NCBI RefSeq assembly: GCF_001272835.1
Contig: NZ_CP010546.1
Coordinates: 1 to 32,000 of the forward strand
Length of the DNA: 32,000 nucleotides
From: Mycoplasmoides pneumoniae FH
GTDB lineage: Bacteria; Bacillota_I; Bacilli_A; Mycoplasmatales; Mycoplasmoidaceae
Direction of reading: 5' to 3'
Shown: positions 31,095 through 32,000 of the stretch, piece after piece
How positions within the stretch are numbered: the first letter of the stretch is position 1
Layout: each line of letters opens with the position of its first letter
Notes under the pieces: generated by a model
The model's input: only the letters and a program-made list of their open reading frames with translations
Database searches by the model: none
Told to the model about the DNA's origin: nothing
Translations under genes and position numbers: made by a program

Positions 31095-32000
31095 ATGTTA
31101 AGTGCGGGAATTGTTGGTTTACCCAACGTTGGTAAATCAACCTTGTTTAGTGCTATTACCAACCTGCAAGTGGAAATAGCTAACTATCCCTTTGCCACGA
31201 TTGAACCGAATGCCGGGATAGTTAACGTAATCGATGAGCGCTTAGACAAACTAGCGAGTTTAATTAAACCCGATAAGGTTACCCACACTACCTTTCGCTT
31301 TGTTGACATTGCTGGTTTAGTTAAGGGTGCCAGTAAGGGAGAAGGACTGGGCAACCAGTTCTTGGCCAACATCAGAGAAGTTGACCTTATTTGTCACGTA
31401 GTGCGTTGCTATGAGGACAAGAAGATTGTCCACGTTAATAACCAGGTCGACCCCGTATTTGACTTTGAAATTATTGTCAATGAGTTAATCCAGGCCGACA
31501 TTGAGGTGGTGAATACCCGGATTGGCAAGATTAAGCGCAAGGCCGAATCTGGTGATAAGCAGTCCAAGGAAGAATATCAACTGCTAGCACCCGTTTTACA
31601 AGGTTTGCAACAAAACCAGATGGTGTTGCATCTAGTGAATGAAGTAGATTTAAAGAAACTCAAGTCACTTAATTTACTAACCGCCAAACCGATCCTAGTG
31701 GTGGCCAATGTGTCAGAAGCGGATTTGTCCAACCTTGACCATAATCCCCACCTCACTCAGCTCAACCAGTTCTTAAAACAACATAACTTACCCCATGCCA
31801 TTCCTGTTTGTGCATTATTAGAAAATGAGTTGAGTAGCTTGGATGCCAATGGTCGTCAAGACTGGCTCAAGGAGTTGGGTTTAAGTGATTACCAAGGTTT
31901 AAACCAACTAATTAAAACGGCTTATGATGCGATTGGTCTGTGGTCATTCTTTACCTTTGGTAAGCAAGAAGTGCGCGCTTGGGCTTTTAAAAAGGGTTGG
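31095..32000 (+). CDS. ychF: YchF/EngD-family GTP/ATP-binding protein, partial at right edge
   Basis: MLSAGIVGLPNVGKSTLFSAITNLQVEIANYPFATIEPNAGIVNV and FVDIAGLVKGASKGEGLGNQFLANIREVDLI. Confidence 0.95.
   Translation, partial: MLSAGIVGLPNVGKSTLFSAITNLQVEIANYPFATIEPNAGIVNVIDERLDKLASLIKPDKVTHTTFRFVDIAGLVKGASKGEGLGNQFLANIREVDLICHVVRCYEDKKIVHVNNQVDPVFDFEIIVNELIQADIEVVNTRIGKIKRKAESGDKQSKEEYQLLAPVLQGLQQNQMVLHLVNEVDLKKLKSLNLLTAKPILVVANVSEADLSNLDHNPHLTQLNQFLKQHNLPHAIPVCALLENELSSLDANGRQDWLKELGLSDYQGLNQLIKTAYDAIGLWSFFTFGKQEVRAWAFKKGW

Overview
The window reads as the origin-proximal region of a Mycoplasma pneumoniae-type genome. Gene order is dnaN, J-domain protein, gyrB, gyrA, serS, tmk, holB-like, trmE, tatD, a DUF16/lipoprotein island, primase-like, two rimK-like, folD, tRNA-Ala/tRNA-Ile, two ABC exporter halves, a SWIM-SNF2 helicase, dnaJ, pip, metS/metG, rpoE, fba and ychF (partial at the right edge). 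The supplied ORF track stops at TGA. Many real genes continue through in-frame TGA codons (genetic code 4, TGA=Trp), so I re-joined fragments using frame continuity and real TAA/TAG stops. No CRISPR, rRNA or canonical mobile element was seen, and I found no convincing previously undescribed multi-gene system. The most interesting points are: (1) a species-specific-looking accessory island (about 12.05-15.85 kb) with two DUF16 coiled-coil genes and a tandem lipoprotein pair; (2) 36-codon ORFs immediately upstream of, and overlapping by TAATG, both DUF16 genes, plus similar 3' stem-loops; (3) one paralog of the lipoprotein pair has Tyr in place of the lipobox Cys; (4) complementary degenerate motifs in the two ABC half-transporters; (5) a CIRCE-like operator abutting dnaJ; (6) a TOPRIM-only primase-like gene that overlaps a rimK-like gene in antisense; (7) AT-rich repeats and inverted repeats upstream of dnaN. 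Gene identifications rest on motif and family recognition by eye, not database searches.
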